Part shown: piece by piece, positions 1 through 14,659 of the stretch
How the letters are laid out: every line of letters begins with the position of its first letter
Position numbering within the stretch: position 1 is the first letter of the stretch
Assembly (NCBI RefSeq): GCF_018350175.1
Contig: NC_058368.1
Span: 115,756,001 to 115,820,000, forward strand
DNA: 64,000 bases
Direction of reading: 5' to 3'
Origin: Felis catus
Lineage: Eukaryota
Notes under the pieces: generated by a model
What the model was told of the DNA's origin: nothing
The model's database searches: none
Seen by the model: the letters and a program-made list of their open reading frames with translations, nothing else
Made by a program: the position numbers and the translations under genes

Positions 1-1028
1 GTCATAAAAACCCCAGTCCCTCTACCTCTCAGAGGCTTTCTGCTTAGCTTCTTAGCATCTTGCCCCTCACATCTTCAGAATTTGGCCAGTGTCTCTAAGG
101 GAACACTGGCCATGTGTTCACAGCCCCTCAGGTCTCCAGGTTTGTGTCTTAAGCTCCCTGAAGCCACCAAGTGTTCTGCGTCTTGCCTTTGCCAATAATC
201 AACAATGCCCCCAAGGAAAAAGCAGCTGTAGACCAGCCCCTCACCTCAGCCCTTCTGGCCTTCTGGTTTTTGTGACATCAGTGGCTTCCTGATAGCTTTA
301 GAGAGATTCATTCTGTCTCGCTTATCTCAGGTTCTCAGTGAAGTGTCAGTCTGCTGCAGGGCGCTGTATCCTGAGCTGAGTGTGAAGTATGCATTGGGTT
401 GAGGAAGGTTGGTTGGAGAAGATGTTCACTAGGGTCAGCTCATGATCAGAGGCGTGGGTGCTTGGCTGGAGAACCTTGTATACCAGCCCAGTAGATTTAG
501 GCTCGACTGCACAGGCACTGGGGAGCCACAGAACGTGCTGGGTATAAAACAGTGTTTTGGGAGGTAGTGCTGGTGGCCTTTGATCTGGAGGCGTGCAGGT
601 TTCTGAAGAGGGTCTGGTGGGAAAGGACAGGCGTGAGACGGGCAGTGGGACTAGAGGAAAGGTTGGTGTGAGGGGTCATCCGGAGGATTGACTAGAGGGA
701 TTTGTGTTGCCAGACTTCAGCGGGGGAGGTTGGGCAGTGGTAAGGCTGACCCTGGGGGCCTCCTGAGGGTTTGGTGGTGGCCATGTTGGGTTGTGGCTTG
801 GTGAGGACCCCTGGGGAAGGGGTATTTGGACTGATGAGTAGGAGCTGGATAGATGGCTTGTAGGTAGGACAAATCAAGGCTGAGATGGGAGATGGATTCT
901 AAAAAGTCCTAGTGGAGTGTAGTTAGAGGGGGCGGGCAGAGCTGGGTGCCGGGTGGGGAAAGAGAACAGGGAATAGGAGAGACCAGAGCAGGGAAGGAGA
1001 GTACTAGAGGGCAGACAGAGTGGGTTGG

Positions 1029-1230
1029 TTTTTTTTTTTTTAATGTTTATTTATTTAATTTTTTTGGGGGGGGAGGGGCAGAGAGAGAGAAAAGATAGAG
1101 AATCCCAAGCAGACTCCACACTGTTAGCACAGAGCCTGATGCTGGGACTCGATCTTACAAACCTTGAGGTCATAACCTGAGTCAAAATCTAGAATCAGCC
1201 TCTCAACTGACTGAGCCACTCAGACGCCCC
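1029..1230 (-). mobile_element. Can-SINE (carnivore tRNA-derived SINE)
   Basis: Poly-T, then (GA)n, then ...ctgagccactcagacgcccc, the reverse complement of the SINE 5' end. Confidence 0.85.
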
Positions 1231-2454
1231 CAGAATGTTTTTGTCTGACAGTCGTTGACTGATTGGGATTGAAGTAGAATGTGGTCTGCAGTTTGAGATG
1301 CCTTGGGAGGCTTAGAGGCTAAGGGCTGGCCAAGATGGACTCACGGGTCTCAGGGTTCCTTAGGAGCAGCATGAGAGAGCATAAAGCAAAATAGGCTTTC
1401 AAGGAACCAAATGAACCATGGCAAAGTTAGGAACGAACTAGTCTCGTGAACCCTGGACAGATAGAGGCTCAAGTTTGCTCAGCTTGCAGTTTTCCTTCCC
1501 AAGAAGAGTTGTGCCTCAGCCCCATCTCCCAGCCCCTCTGGTTTTGCTATCAACTCTCATGGGCCCCTGAGAGCCAGTGACTTTTGAAGTAGGCAAGGAG
1601 AGGGGTTCAGAGCTGCCCAGTAGAGGAGCAAAAGTCCTTCCAGATAGCTTCAGCCCGCTCAGAGGCATGGGGCAGTGAACGTGCCTGTGCTGTCTAGGGT
1701 GTGAATATGGTGTGGGAGGTTGGGGGGAGGAGACCTTGGAGGGATAGGAGAGACAGGTGGCATGATCATGAAGGCCAGAACATGAGAAATTTGGCCGTTA
1801 TCCTGACTGCTTTGGGGAGCCAATGACAGGTTTTAAGCAGGGACGAGTCTCGACTACATGTTTGTTTAGAAAGGCCATTCGGTATCTGCAGGGAAGATGT
1901 ATCAAGGAGGTGCAGGGGTGTATCTGTCTGGAGGCTGCTGCGGGTGTCCTGGGCATATGATGAGGGCAGAGGAGGAGGAGGATTTGAGATCAGGGGTGAA
2001 GAACAAGCTGTTGGGACTTGGCAACAGCTCAGATTTGGGGTGGGGGAAGAGTGAGGGAGGCCAGGGTGGGGCCTGGGGCTCAGCTGGTGGCACATCCGGT
2101 GAGGAGCAGGAATGACTGAAGAGGAACAGTCTGAGGGGCAGCTGTGGCCAATCCAGGCCCCGCCAGAGAGGATGGAGAGAGGGGTGGGTGTTTATCCTGA
2201 AGCAGAGCTGATGGTAGCCCTGAGGTGCTCATCTGCCTTTGTTCTTCATAATCTGTCCCCTGCTTCCTTCCTGGAGGGCACTGAGGACTGAAATTCTAAA
2301 TGCCCTTAGCCTCCACACTCCAGAGGCTGTCCTGCGGGCCAGGATGTCCCCCTTGGCCCAGATGCTGGGGCCCTAGAGCCCTGGCCCACTCTGGCAGGTT
2401 TATGTGGTATGTGTGTGGGGGCATTCCTACCCTAGACTGGTTCAGGGACTCTAG

Positions 2455-2685
<231 letters not shown>

Positions 2686-3179
2686 TGAACATTGAATGAT
2701 GGCACATAGAGTGGGGTCTGCTTGCTGGACGAGAGACCTTCCAAATGTCTTGCCCATTGTCATTCTCTGTGCCTGGAAGTCCTCGATCCTAGAGTCAGTC
2801 TTTTGGTTTTTCATTCTCCCTGCTCCCCCTGGCACTGCTGATTCTTGGTGTGGTAGGAGTCCTGGTGTGGAGGTCTGGGTTGGGGCCCTCTTCGCCCTCT
2901 TAGCAGCAGCACTTGCCTGTGGATGGACTCGAGTCCCAGGAACTGGGGGACTAGGCCAGTTATTGGAGGAGACAAAGGCCAAGGCAGGGACATAGTCCAC
3001 GACCCATAGCCACTCCTGGGTCTGAGTGTCAGGATAAGTTTGGTCACAGGAGGCAGGAGTCTGGCCTATAGCAGGCCCAGGGAGCTCAGGTCCCTTGTGA
3101 GGGAAGGGTTGGCCCTGACCTGGGGCAGGCAAGTGACTCTGGTGTTGCAGTGGGAGGTAGAGCAGGAAGCATCACATAG

Positions 3180-3473
<294 letters not shown>

Positions 3474-4457
3474 TGATCCCTGCTTGCTGGCCATGGTTCT
3501 TTAAGCAGACCTGGGAGTTGGACAACTTGGCTTCTAGGCTTGGCTCTGCCTTAGTTTATTCACCTGAGATCTGCCAGGATGCCTTGCCCCCAAGCAGAGA
3601 GTATAGCTGAGGCACAGGGAAATTGGGGTTTGCTAAATAAGACATGCCACCCCCAGCTGTGTTGACTCCAGGCATTGCTAAAGAGCTAGTGCTCTTCCTG
3701 CCCCTGTCTGGCAAGTCCGGATGTGGCCCTGTTGAAGTGCCTCGCCCCAGGCAGCCCCCACCTGTCAAATGGTAGGTTGCCCTCAGGAGGCGGTCTCATC
3801 ACCCAGACCCACCCCCAGGCAATTAGTGAAGTAAAAGGTGGGTGACCCAGGCTGTGAGGCTGTGCCATCACAGGCCTGGGCTCTCTGTGTTGCTTGTGGC
3901 TCAATAACTCCTTCTTCTCTCCTTCCTCTGCTCCGGGGACCCCCCCCCTTTGGTCTCTCTTGCCCTCCTTCAGGTGGTAAGTGTAGCCGGTGGTGTGCAT
4001 GCCCTGTGAGCCTAGACCTCGCATCTCCATGTTCCCCCTTCTGTGTCCCTCATCACCTCATCTGCCCTGTCATTGCTCATCCAGGGGTGGTCAGACCCCC
4101 TGTGTTGGGTTGGGGATATTTCGTTGACACATGGGGACCACAGGCCAAGTCTGGTTCTGGAGTTAACCGGGAAAGTTCAGGGCACATAGAGTGGAAGAAA
4201 GAGCTAGGACAGACCCAGCTTCAGATCCTGCTCTTGCCTCCAAGTGGAGGCTCTGTGACGCTGGACAAGACATTGAGCGTCAGATTCTGCATCTGTGAGG
4301 TGGGAATAATGATTTCCTGACAAGTGGCCTGGGGAGGATGGAGAGAATTAATATGTACGACACCAAGCATCAGGGTTGGGTACCTAGTAAGGATTTAATT
4401 ATGAATAACATCATTATGTAAGAATAACAATAGGACTCATTATTGATATTAAGATTT

Positions 4458-4687
4458 TTTTTTTCAACGTTTTTTTTTTTTTTTTATTTTTTTTTTATTT
4501 TTGGGACAGAGAGAGACAGAGCATGAGTGGGGGAGGGGCAGAGAGAGAGGGAGACACAGAATCGGAAACAGGCTCCAGGCTCCGAGCCATCAGCCCAGAG
4601 CCTGACGCGGTGCTCGAACTCCCGGACCGCGAGATCGTGACCTGGCTGAAGTCGGACGCTTAACCGACTGTGCCACCCAGGCGCCCC
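4458..4687 (-). mobile_element. Young felid SINEC_Fc-type element with 14-bp target-site duplication
   Basis: CpG-rich body, long T tail; TSD tgatattaagattt at 4444-4457 and 4688-4701. Confidence 0.92.
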
Positions 4688-7413
4688 TGATATTAAGATT
4701 TAAATGAGGGAGAGCCCCAAGGCCTAGCCTGTAGATCCCTGGAGAGTTAAGAATGTGAAGACCATAGCCTAATGGCAACCTGAGAGGGCATGGGTACACT
4801 GGGGCACCTGACTAGGAACGGTGCCGACCTTGGTGACCTCGGCTTAAGGAGTAGTCATGTGACAGTTTCCTTTATGTCTGCCTGGGCTGGCAGCCTGCTT
4901 GTGGAACAGGAGAGTAGATGTGTGCCTTCCCTGGGAATGTCTCCAGAACTAATACCCATTAACCGGCTAATGTTCCCCCAAGACTGCTCGCTCTGTATGG
5001 AGAGCAGGTATTGCTACTGTACCTTAAAAGGAGCATTAAACACACCCCTCCTCTCCTGATTCCCACCCTTGGTTGGGCCTGAGGGCAATCTTAGGACTCA
5101 CTTACTGCTTTGCCAAGTCATGGATGCTCTGTGGTTAAGAACTGCAACAGCCACTTAGGTCAAGGGTACACCTGAGCTTGGTGGGCTGTAGCTGCCCACC
5201 CCCCACATCAATCCCGGCAGCTGAGGGGGAACATCAGCACCTTCCCAGAGCAGAAGTGGGTGGGGCAGGATTGCGGTTTCTGGAGCCAACAGACATTGAG
5301 GATCCCGTCTTTCTCTCTTGAGGCAGTATTGCAAAAGGATCAGGAGAAAGCGTTCTGGGTCAGAGTCCCCAGTATTTCCCCACAGGACAGCTGTGTGGCC
5401 TGGGGCAAGTTACCTCGCTAAACCTCCCATTCACCTTCATAAAGTTCCTGTGAGGCTTAAGGAGACAGAACTTGTGAAGTACTCAACTCCCCCTCCGGTT
5501 GCAGTTTAGTGTGAGCTCTCTCCAAAGGCTCCCAATTGAAGCAGCTCCCCCTGCTTTGTGCTCCCCCCCCCATCCCCCACTCCTCTGCTCTCTGGAGACT
5601 GAGTGCTGGAGACTGAGTGCCGGCTGGATGTGGGGATCTCAGGAATGTGGGGCCTGCTAGAGCCCCAGACAACTTCTCTGGTTAGAGAAAGAGGCAGTAA
5701 AGGAGCTGGCAGAGGGGTAGGTGCATGTTCTTCAGGTGGACAGTTTTAGTAGCTATTTCATGTAGGCTTGAAGAGAAAGTTCATTCTGTAGTTGTTGGTT
5801 GAAACGTTGTGTATGTAGATAAGGTCAAGTCTTTTCACTGTGTTGTGCAAATCTTACATATCCTTACTGATTTTTTTTTTAATCGTGGTCAAATACACAT
5901 AACATACCATCTTAATCATTTTAAAGTGCACAATTCAGTGGAATTAAGTATACTCATATGGTGTGCTATCATCACCACTCCATACTTCCAGAACTTTCTT
6001 GTCACCCCGAACTGGGGTTGTAATGTTGCAGGATTTCCTGTACCCATTAGCAGCCACTCTCCATTCTCTCCTCCCCCCAGCCCCTGGCAACCACTAATTT
6101 GCTTTCTGCATCTATGGATTTGCTTATTCTGTATATTTAATGTGAATTCACTCATAAAATATATGGCCTTTGTGTTTGGCTTCTTTCACTTAGCATATGT
6201 CTTCAAGGTTTGTCCATGTTACAGCATGTGTCAATATTTCATTCTTTTTTATGACCAGATAATATTCCATTGCACGGATGTCCCATGTTTTATGTATCTA
6301 TTTATCTGTTGATGTATATTTGGGTTGTTTCCTCCTGGGTAGTGATTATGATTTATGCCGCTGTGAACATTTGCGTCCAGTCTTTTTTTTGTTTGAACAC
6401 CTGTTTTCAATTCCTAAGAGTAGACTAGGTATATCATATGCTAATTTGGTGCCTAACTTTTTGAGGAACTGTGGAAATGTTTTCCATAGTGGCTGAACTG
6501 TTTTAAATTCCCACTGCCAGTACATGAGGGTTTTAGTTTTTCCACATCCTCTTTAATGCTTCTTTCTTTTTTGATAGCCATTCTGGGGGATATGAAGTGC
6601 TGTCTGATTGTGGTTTTGATCTACATTTTCCTGATGACTAATGATGTTGAGCATCTTTTCATGTTTTTTTGACCCATTTGTATATCTTCTTTGGAGAAAT
6701 GCCTATTTGAGTACTTTGCCCATATTTTGGATTAAAAAAATTTAACAATTGTAGTAAAAAAAATTTTTTTTAATTGGGGTAAAAGATGTATAACACTAAA
6801 GTTACCATCTTATATAATGTAGGTCAGTAGTGTTAAGTCTATTCACATTGTTGTGCAAGTAATCTCTGGAACTTTTTCACCTTCCCAAACTGAAATTCTA
6901 CACATATTAAACAACTACTCCTCAACACCCCTCTCCACCTTGCCACTGACAACTACCTTTCTCCTTTATGTTTCTGCGAATTTGACTATTCCAGATTCCT
7001 CATACAAGTGGAATCATACAGAATTGATATTTTTGTGACTCATTTATGCCATGTAGTATAATGTCCTAATGGTTCATCCATGTTATAGCATGTGACAGAA
7101 TTTTTAAGGCTAAGTAATATTCCATTGTATGTATGTATTCCATTTTGTTTATCCTTTCATCTGCTGATGGACACTTGGATTGCTTTCACCTTTTGGTTTT
7201 TGTGAATAATACTGCTATGGATACATGGATGTGCAAATATTTCTTTGAGACCCTGCTTTAAATTCTGTTAGGTATATGTTCACTTTCTGAACAGCCATAC
7301 TGTTTTCCATAGTGACTGAACCATTTTACATTCCGACCAGCAGGGCACAAATTTTCTAATTTTACTACATCCTTGCTGACACTTATTTTCTGTGTTTTGA
7401 TAGTAGCCATCCT

Positions 7414-7437
7414 TTTTTTAAATGTTTATTTATTTCT

Positions 7438-7469
<32 letters not shown>

Positions 7470-7639
7470 ACGAGCAGAGAAGGGGCAGAGAGAGAGACAC
7501 CCACACACAGAATGCAAAGCATGTTCCAGGCTCTGAGCTGTCAGCATAGAGCCCAACACAGGGCTCGAACCTATGAAGTGTGAGATCATGACCTGAGCTG
7601 AAGTCGGATGCTTAACTGACTGAGCCATCCAGGCGCCCC
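7414..7639 (-). mobile_element. Can-SINE inserted in L1
   Basis: SINE body with (GA)n; TSD atagtagccatcct / ataatagccatcct. Confidence 0.88.
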
Positions 7640-7961
7640 AATAATAGCCATCCTAATGACTGTGGAGTTATATCATCTCATTGTGGTTTTGGTTTGCATT
7701 TCCCTAATGATTTGTGATGTTGAGCGTCTTTTCATATGCTTATTGATCATTTATACATTTTCTTAGGAGAATCGTCCCTTAAAACCCTTTGCTCATTTTT
7801 AATTGCATAGTTTGTGCTTTTGTTGTTGAGTTTATATATTTTGGATACTGTACCCTTATCAGATATATAGTTAGCAAAAATTTTTCCCATTCTGTAAGTT
7901 GTCTTTTCACTCTCTTGATATATCTTTTGGTGCACAAAAGTTTTTAAGTTTGAAGAAGTCC

Positions 7962-7964
7962 TAT

Positions 7965-8003
<39 letters not shown>

Positions 8004-8006
8004 TTT

Positions 8007-8048
<42 letters not shown>
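7962..8048 (+). repeat. Compound tetranucleotide microsatellite (TATT)n(TGCT)n
   Basis: Read directly. Confidence 0.9.
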
Positions 8049-8051
<3 letters not shown>

Positions 8052-8519
8052 TTTTGGTGTCATCTAAGAAACCATTACCAAATCCAAGATTACAAAGATT
8101 TATCTCTATGTTTCCTTTTGAGAGTTTTATGGTGTTGGGTCTTATGTTTAGATCTTTGATCCATTCTGAGTTAATTTTTATATATGGAGTGAAGTAAGGG
8201 TTCAGTTTCATTCTTTTGCTCTGGGTATCCAGTTGTCCCAGCACCATTTGTTAAAGGGACTATTCTTTCCTCATTAGATGGTCTTGGCCATGTTAATTGA
8301 CCATAATATTACAATATGTAAGTGTATCAAAGTAACACACTGTATACCATAAATGGATGCAATGTTATATGTCAGATTTACTCAATAAAAAACATTCAGA
8401 TGTCCACAGAGGTATGGGTGTGTTTATGGGCTCTTAATTTAGTGCCATTGATCTATATGTCTATTCTTAGGTCAGTGCTCCACTATCTTGATTACCTTTG
8501 TCTGTAGTAAAAGTTTTCT

Positions 8520-8716
8520 TTTTTGACTTTTTTTTATTTTGAGAGAGAGCGAGCTAGAGAGAGGGAGCGAGCACAAGTGAGGGAGTGGCAGAGAGGGAGA
8601 CAGACAGGGAATCCCAATCCCAATCTGTGCTGACAGTGTGAAGTTTGAACCCAAGAACCATGAGATCATGACCTGAGCTGAAATCAAGAGTCAGATGCTT
8701 AATGGATTGAGTCAGC
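8520..8716 (-). mobile_element. Can-SINE (5'-truncated) inserted in L1
   Basis: SINE body; flanking near-repeat ctgtagtaa(aa)gtttt. Confidence 0.8.
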
Positions 8717-10609
8717 CTGTAGTAAGTTTTGATATCAGGAAGTGTGAGTCTTCCAACTTTGTTCTTTTCCAAGTTTTGGCTATTGGGAGCCCTTACAGTT
8801 CCATATGAATTTGAATATAAAGTTTTACATTTCTGCAAAAAAGGCCATTGGGATTTTGATAGGGGTTGCATTGAATCTATAGATCAATTTGGGAGTATTA
8901 CCATTGTAGCTATATTAAGTCTTCCAATCCCTGAACACTAGATGTCATTTTTTTATTTAGGTCTTTAATTTCTTTTGTCAATCTTTTGTAGTTTTCAGTA
9001 TACAAATCTTTTACCTCCTTGGTTACATTTATTCCTAAGTATTCTTTTTAATATTATTGTAAATGAAATTGTTTTCTTAATTTCATTTTATGATCATTCT
9101 TTACCAACATAGAAATATAATTGATTTTTGTGTGCTCTTATGTTCTGCAACTTTCCAGAATGTGTTTATTTTTTGGTATATTCTTTAGGATTTTCTGTAT
9201 ACAAGATCATGTCATTTGTGAATAGATAGAGTTTTCCTTCTTCCTTTCTAATTTGGATGCCTTTTACTTCTTTTGCTTGCCTAATTGCTCTGGCTGGAAC
9301 TTCCAGGACAATGTTGAATAGAAATGGGGAAAGTGGGCATTCTTGCCTTTTCCTGATCTTAGGGGAAAAGCTTTCAGTCTTGTACCATTGAGTATGATGT
9401 TAGCTGTGAGTTTTTCATAAATGCTTTTTAGTATTCTGAGGAAGTTCTATTCCTAGTTTGTTGGGTGTTTTTTTTTTTTTAAGTGAAAGAAGGGTTGAAT
9501 TTTGTGAAATGCTTTTTCTGCATCAGTTGAGAGGATCATGTGGTTCCCCCCTGCCTTCATTCTATTAATGTGGTGTATTACATTGCTAGATTTCTGTGTG
9601 TTGAACCACCTTGCATTACCGGGATACATTCCATTTGGTCATGCTATATAATCCTTTCAAAATGCTGCTGGATTCTGTTTGCTAGTATTTTGTTGAGGGT
9701 TTTGCATTTATATTCCTAAGGGACATTGTTAGGTAGTTTTCTTGTGATGTCTTTTTCTGGTTTTGGTGTAAGGTAATGTTGGCCTTATAGAATGAGTTAG
9801 GGAGTTTTCCCGCTTCAATTTTTTGGAAGAGTTTGAGAAGTATTGGTGTTAATTTTTCTCTAAATGTTTGGTAAAGTTTACTGAAGGCATCTGGTTCTGG
9901 ACTATTCTTTTGTGAGGTTTTTAATCATTGATTCAATCTTTTTATTTCTTATAGATCTATTCAAATTTCCTATTTCTGCTTGAGCATTTTTGATAGTTTG
10001 TGTGTTTCTAGGAGTTTGTCTATTTTATCTCATTGTTGTTAATGAATTGTTTAGTATTCTTGTTCTTCCTGTTACTGAGAGAACAGTGTTAAAATTCCCA
10101 ACCAAGATTGTGAATGTGTCATTCTCTTTTTTTGGTTCTCTAAATTTTTGTCTTTTATTTTTTGAGACTATATTATTAGGTGCATACACATTTAGAATGC
10201 TTATATCATCTGACAGATTGGCCCCTTTATCACTATGAAAATGTCTCTTTTTATCTCTAGTAAGTTTTCTTGTCTTCAAGTCTATGTTGTCAGGTATTAG
10301 TGTGGTTATACTGGAGTTCTTTTGTTAGTGTTTGCATGTACAGTATATGTTTTTCCATCCTTTGTTTCTAAGATTTCTGTCCCCTTTATTTAAGAGGTCT
10401 TCTTGTATGATATACTTAAAAACAAGTCTGATAGTCTTTGCCTCTTAATTTGACCATTTAATGAATTACTAATATAATTAAATTTAAACATACCAGGATA
10501 TGATTTGTTTTCTCTGACTTACCTTTTCTATGTTCCTTTCCCCTCCTTTTTTTTTTTTTTGTCTACTTTTGGATTATTAAAGTATTTTTTAGAATTTCCT
10601 TTTATCCCA

Positions 10610-10827
10610 GGGGCGCTTGGGTGGCTCAGTCAGTTAAGCGTCTGACTCTTGATTTCGGCTCAGGTCATGATCTCACAGTTCATGAGATCTAGCCCCGAGT
10701 CAGGCTCTGCACTGACTGTGAGGAACCTGCTTGGGATTATTTCTCTCCCTTTCTTTCTGTCCTTCCCCTGCTCACATTCATGCTCTCTCTCTCTCTCTTT
10801 CTCAAATATTAAACTTAAAAAAAAAAA
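10610..10827 (+). mobile_element. Can-SINE
   Basis: ggggcgcttgggtggctcagtcagttaagc start, (CT)n and A tail; TSD agaatt(t/c)ccttttatccca. Confidence 0.9.
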
Positions 10828-11205
10828 AGAATTCCCTTTTATCCCATTAACCTGTTAAGTTGTTCATTCTTTCAGAATTCTTTTGTTGGTTTGCAATGTG
10901 CATCCTAACTTATTAATGTACTTTTGCCACTTCCTGAGGGATGAAATAACCTTAAAACACTTTAACTTCATTTCTCCATTTATTGCCCTCTCAACTAATG
11001 TATCACCATTATCATCTTTTAAACTATTATATTTCTCTCTATACTTCGTTCCCCAGAAAACTTTCTTATTGTTGTTTTATACAATCAGTATTCATTTCGA
11101 TGTAGCCACCTTTTTGCTGCTCTTCATTCCTTTCTACTTTTTCATGCTTCCATCTGGGATAATTTTCCTCTTGTCGGAAGAAGTCCCTTTAGTGTTTCCT
11201 TTCTT

Positions 11206-11416
11206 TTTTTTTTAATGTTTATTTATTTTTGAGGCAGAGAGAGACAGAGTATGAGCAGAGGAGGGGCAGAGAGAGAGGGAGACACAGAATGTGAAGCAGG
11301 CTCCAGGCTCTGAGCTGTCAGCACAGAGCCCGATGCAGGGCTTGAACTCACGAGCTGTGAGATCATGACCTGAGCTGAAGTCGGCTGCTCAACCGACTGA
11401 GCCGCCCAGGCGCTCC
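11206..11416 (-). mobile_element. Can-SINE
   Basis: TSD tagtgtttcctttctt at 11190-11205 and 11417-11432. Confidence 0.9.
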
Positions 11417-12759
11417 TAGTGTTTCCTTTCTTAATTTCATCTTTTTTTGTTGTTGAAATATGACTGGGGTGTTGCCCAGAGCTCCTTGTCCTTGCTGGGC
11501 CCTGCACTCCAGTTTTTGTTCTCCACTCCTCCTGACCGCTCAGCTGTTCGGCCTTTTGGCCACTGCTTGTGAGTTGGCAAATGCTTCAAGGAGGAAACCT
11601 TCTCTTTATTGGGCTCACGTCTCCATGCTTCCTTTCTTTGTAGGATCTTTACCCTTGAAGTCCTCACTGCTCTGTATTTCTCCAATGCCTTCCCGCAGAT
11701 GTTTTATTAATATCTTGACCAGCAATTGTTTCTGTTAGGAAGGTTCATTTGCAACAAGATAGCCTGTCATTTCTAGGATTAAAAATCTTGCCTGGTTATT
11801 TTTTGATTTTGAACTCCTGACTGGTGGCTGGGGGATGTTCAGTGTGTGGAACTCAGACATTATTGCCTCATATTCCTGTTATGAATGCGGACATAAATGG
11901 CTATTATGCAGGTACATATATGTCCATGTAAAATGTACACATAAACATAGGAAACATACCCTATTGAGGCACATACAAGATCTTGTCTCCTTAACCCTTT
12001 GGAAAGGTATAGAAAATTCTTGCTTGTCAGCTACTTACAAAGCCTTATGTTCCCTTATATTCTTGTTTTCTGAATTATTTTCTGTGGTATGTGAACATCC
12101 CACATGATATTAATAGATTCTCTTTGTTAAGATGGGGCTAAGGTCAATGGATACGGGAAGCTGTACATGGAATCCTCTCTTTGGAGACTCCCAACACACA
12201 AAAGCACATTAAGCACTCTGAATCATGCACATAAACTTATTTGATTATGAAGTCTTTTTTGGGGGAATCCCTATTCCCATCTGTAGGTAAGTCTTGGGAA
12301 ATACTGTCTTAAAGCAAACCTAAATCCACAAAATCCTACACCAGTAGGTATCTGGTGTTCAAGGGTCTTCGTCTTTACAAAGATGAAGTGCCACCCGGTG
12401 TGTCCTCAAACATGGATTTTGCAAGAAGAGTCTGAAAGTATGTACATCAGGTGTTGGGTTTGGAGGACTGGAGCCCCTCTGCTATTCAGTGGTTTAAAAA
12501 AGGCAGAACTTGGGGGTACAGTCATTCTCAGCTCTTTGTCTGTTTGTGCCTCCTGGAGTGAGACCATCTGCTTGGGTTCCCTTGGCCCCAGCCCAGCCCA
12601 GCTCAGCATGGGGTACCCATGTGTGTTGATGGAAATTGATTTTTGATTCTCTTAAGAGCAACCTCTCCCTCACTTCACCTACCTCTTGGAGGTCTTGCCG
12701 CCCCTCTGTACAGGTGAGAGGGTGAGACAGTTGTGACGGAATACACAGAGCTTCTGCTC

Positions 12760-13060
12760 AGCAGCCAAGAGGCCTGGGTTCAAGTCCTGGTGCTGTGTGA
12801 CCTTGGGAGAGTTAACCATGGAGTAGCGGGTGAGAGCATGGGCTTTGGTGTCAGACACACTCAGCCCTTCCACTTCCTTGCTGTGTGATCATGGGCACGT
12901 CACTTCACCTTCCTGTACCTCAGTTTCCTTAACTGTCAAATGGGGATGATGATAATACTCACCTCGCCTTTTCCTTGTTGTGAGAATGAAATAAAATAAT
13001 GCATGTCAAGTACAATCCCTGGAACACACTAGGCACCTGGCAGATATCAACTATTATATA
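12760..13060 (+). mobile_element. MIR element(s)
   Basis: MIR core ctgtgtgatcatgggcacgtcacttcaccttcctgtacctcagtttccttaactgtcaaatggggatgatgataata. Confidence 0.7.
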
Positions 13061-13264
13061 ATTTAGTCCAACCTGACTCCATCTGGGCGAGAGGAGAACT
13101 CCAACTTTTCATGATGCTTGAGGGTGAGATAGAATCTTGAAAGTGAAAAAGAGTATTGTAAACCCTTGGAGACAAAGGGAAATCGAGGCAGTATTTTTCA
13201 TTACTGCCCTTGATGCTGCCTCCACCCTTCTGGCTGGGCAGGGCAGGGTGTGGGGATCGCATGA

Positions 13265-13471
<207 letters not shown>

Positions 13472-13494
13472 TAAATCTTGACAGTCTAGAATTT

Positions 13495-14036
13495 TTCTTT
13501 TTTTTTTTTTTTAAAGTTTATTTATTTATTTATTTTGGGAGAGAGATTGTGCAGGCTGGTGCATGAACAGGGGAAGGACAGAGAGAGAGCGGGAGAGAGA
13601 ATCCCAAGCAGGCTCTGCGTCATTAGTGCAGAGCCTGATATGGGGCTTGATCTCACAAATGGTGAGATTATGACCTGAGCCAAAATCAAGATTTGGATGT
13701 TTAACTGACTAAGCCACCCACATGCCCTTAGATTTTCCAAAAATGTTTATTTATTTATTTTGTGTATGAGAGAGAGATAGAGAGCAGGGGAGGGGCAAAG
13801 AGAGGGAAACAGAGAATCCCAAGCAGACCCTACACCGTGAGTGCAGAGTCGGATGGAAGGCTTGAACTCATGAACTATGAGATGATGACCTGAGCTAACA
13901 TCACGGGTTGGACACTTCACCAACTGTGCCACCCAGGAGCTCCTAGGTTTTTTTAAAGTAATCTTTACACCCAACATGGGGCTCGAACTCATGACCCAGA
14001 GATCAGGAGTTACATGCTCTACTGACTGAGCCATCT
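13495..14036 (-). mobile_element. Cluster of three adjacent Can-SINEs (~13495-13728, ~13742-13944, ~13945-14036)
   Basis: Three SINE bodies in the same orientation, each with its own T tail. Confidence 0.82.
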
Positions 14037-14659
14037 GACAATCTAGGTTTTTAATACTGGGGTCAGGGCCACCATGACTTTGGGACAGAGTTAGTGAACA
14101 TCCAGTTCAACATTTGACTGTTACGTGTTCCCTGAGTTAGGCAGAGGGATAGGCTTTATGAGACTTGTTTTTGGCACTCCATTATCATTATTGCTGTTAT
14201 GGCAATCCTCAAACCTTCCACCAGTTGTTACAGCTGCCATGGCCACCACCACCACCTTGATCACCGCTGCCACCTGTACCACAACTATTATTGTCATCAC
14301 CACAGTGAACCCCCCCCCCCCTAGTGTTTCAACATCACCAGGAATTAAGGGATTCTAGTTTTCTTGTGAGGTTAGAGCCCAGGGAAGAACTCAACAAGCC
14401 TTTCAAGCCTGGTCAGTTCTCTGCCTTGGGGGAAAGAGGAGCAGGTTTATGGGGGTGGGGTAAGTGATGAGTTCAGTTCTAGACAGTGGGTTTGAAGGAT
14501 ATGGTGATGCCAGGTAGGTAGTTGGATAATGAGTCTGGAGGTCAAAAAATAGAACATTGTCTCCATCACTCTTCTTACCATAATTATTTTTTTTTCACCA
14601 TCAAGGAGTGCTTGTTAAGAAGTATATGTGAGGGTTACCTGTCAGCATCTGTTGTGCTA

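Larger units (their letters stand above)
5770..10560 (-). mobile_element. Nested degraded LINE-1 fragments (antisense to PSD2)
   Basis: ORF2 remnants: ILNVYAPN...VGNFNT (endonuclease, 10025-10279), NKVGRLTLPDIKTYY (~8730), YFTPYIKINSEWIKDLN (~8150); L1 3' UTR ends at ~5870 and ~6770. Confidence 0.88.

Noticed and set aside
10610..10690. tRNA-like A/B box sequences
   Set aside because: These are the tRNA-derived heads of Can-SINEs, not tRNA genes.
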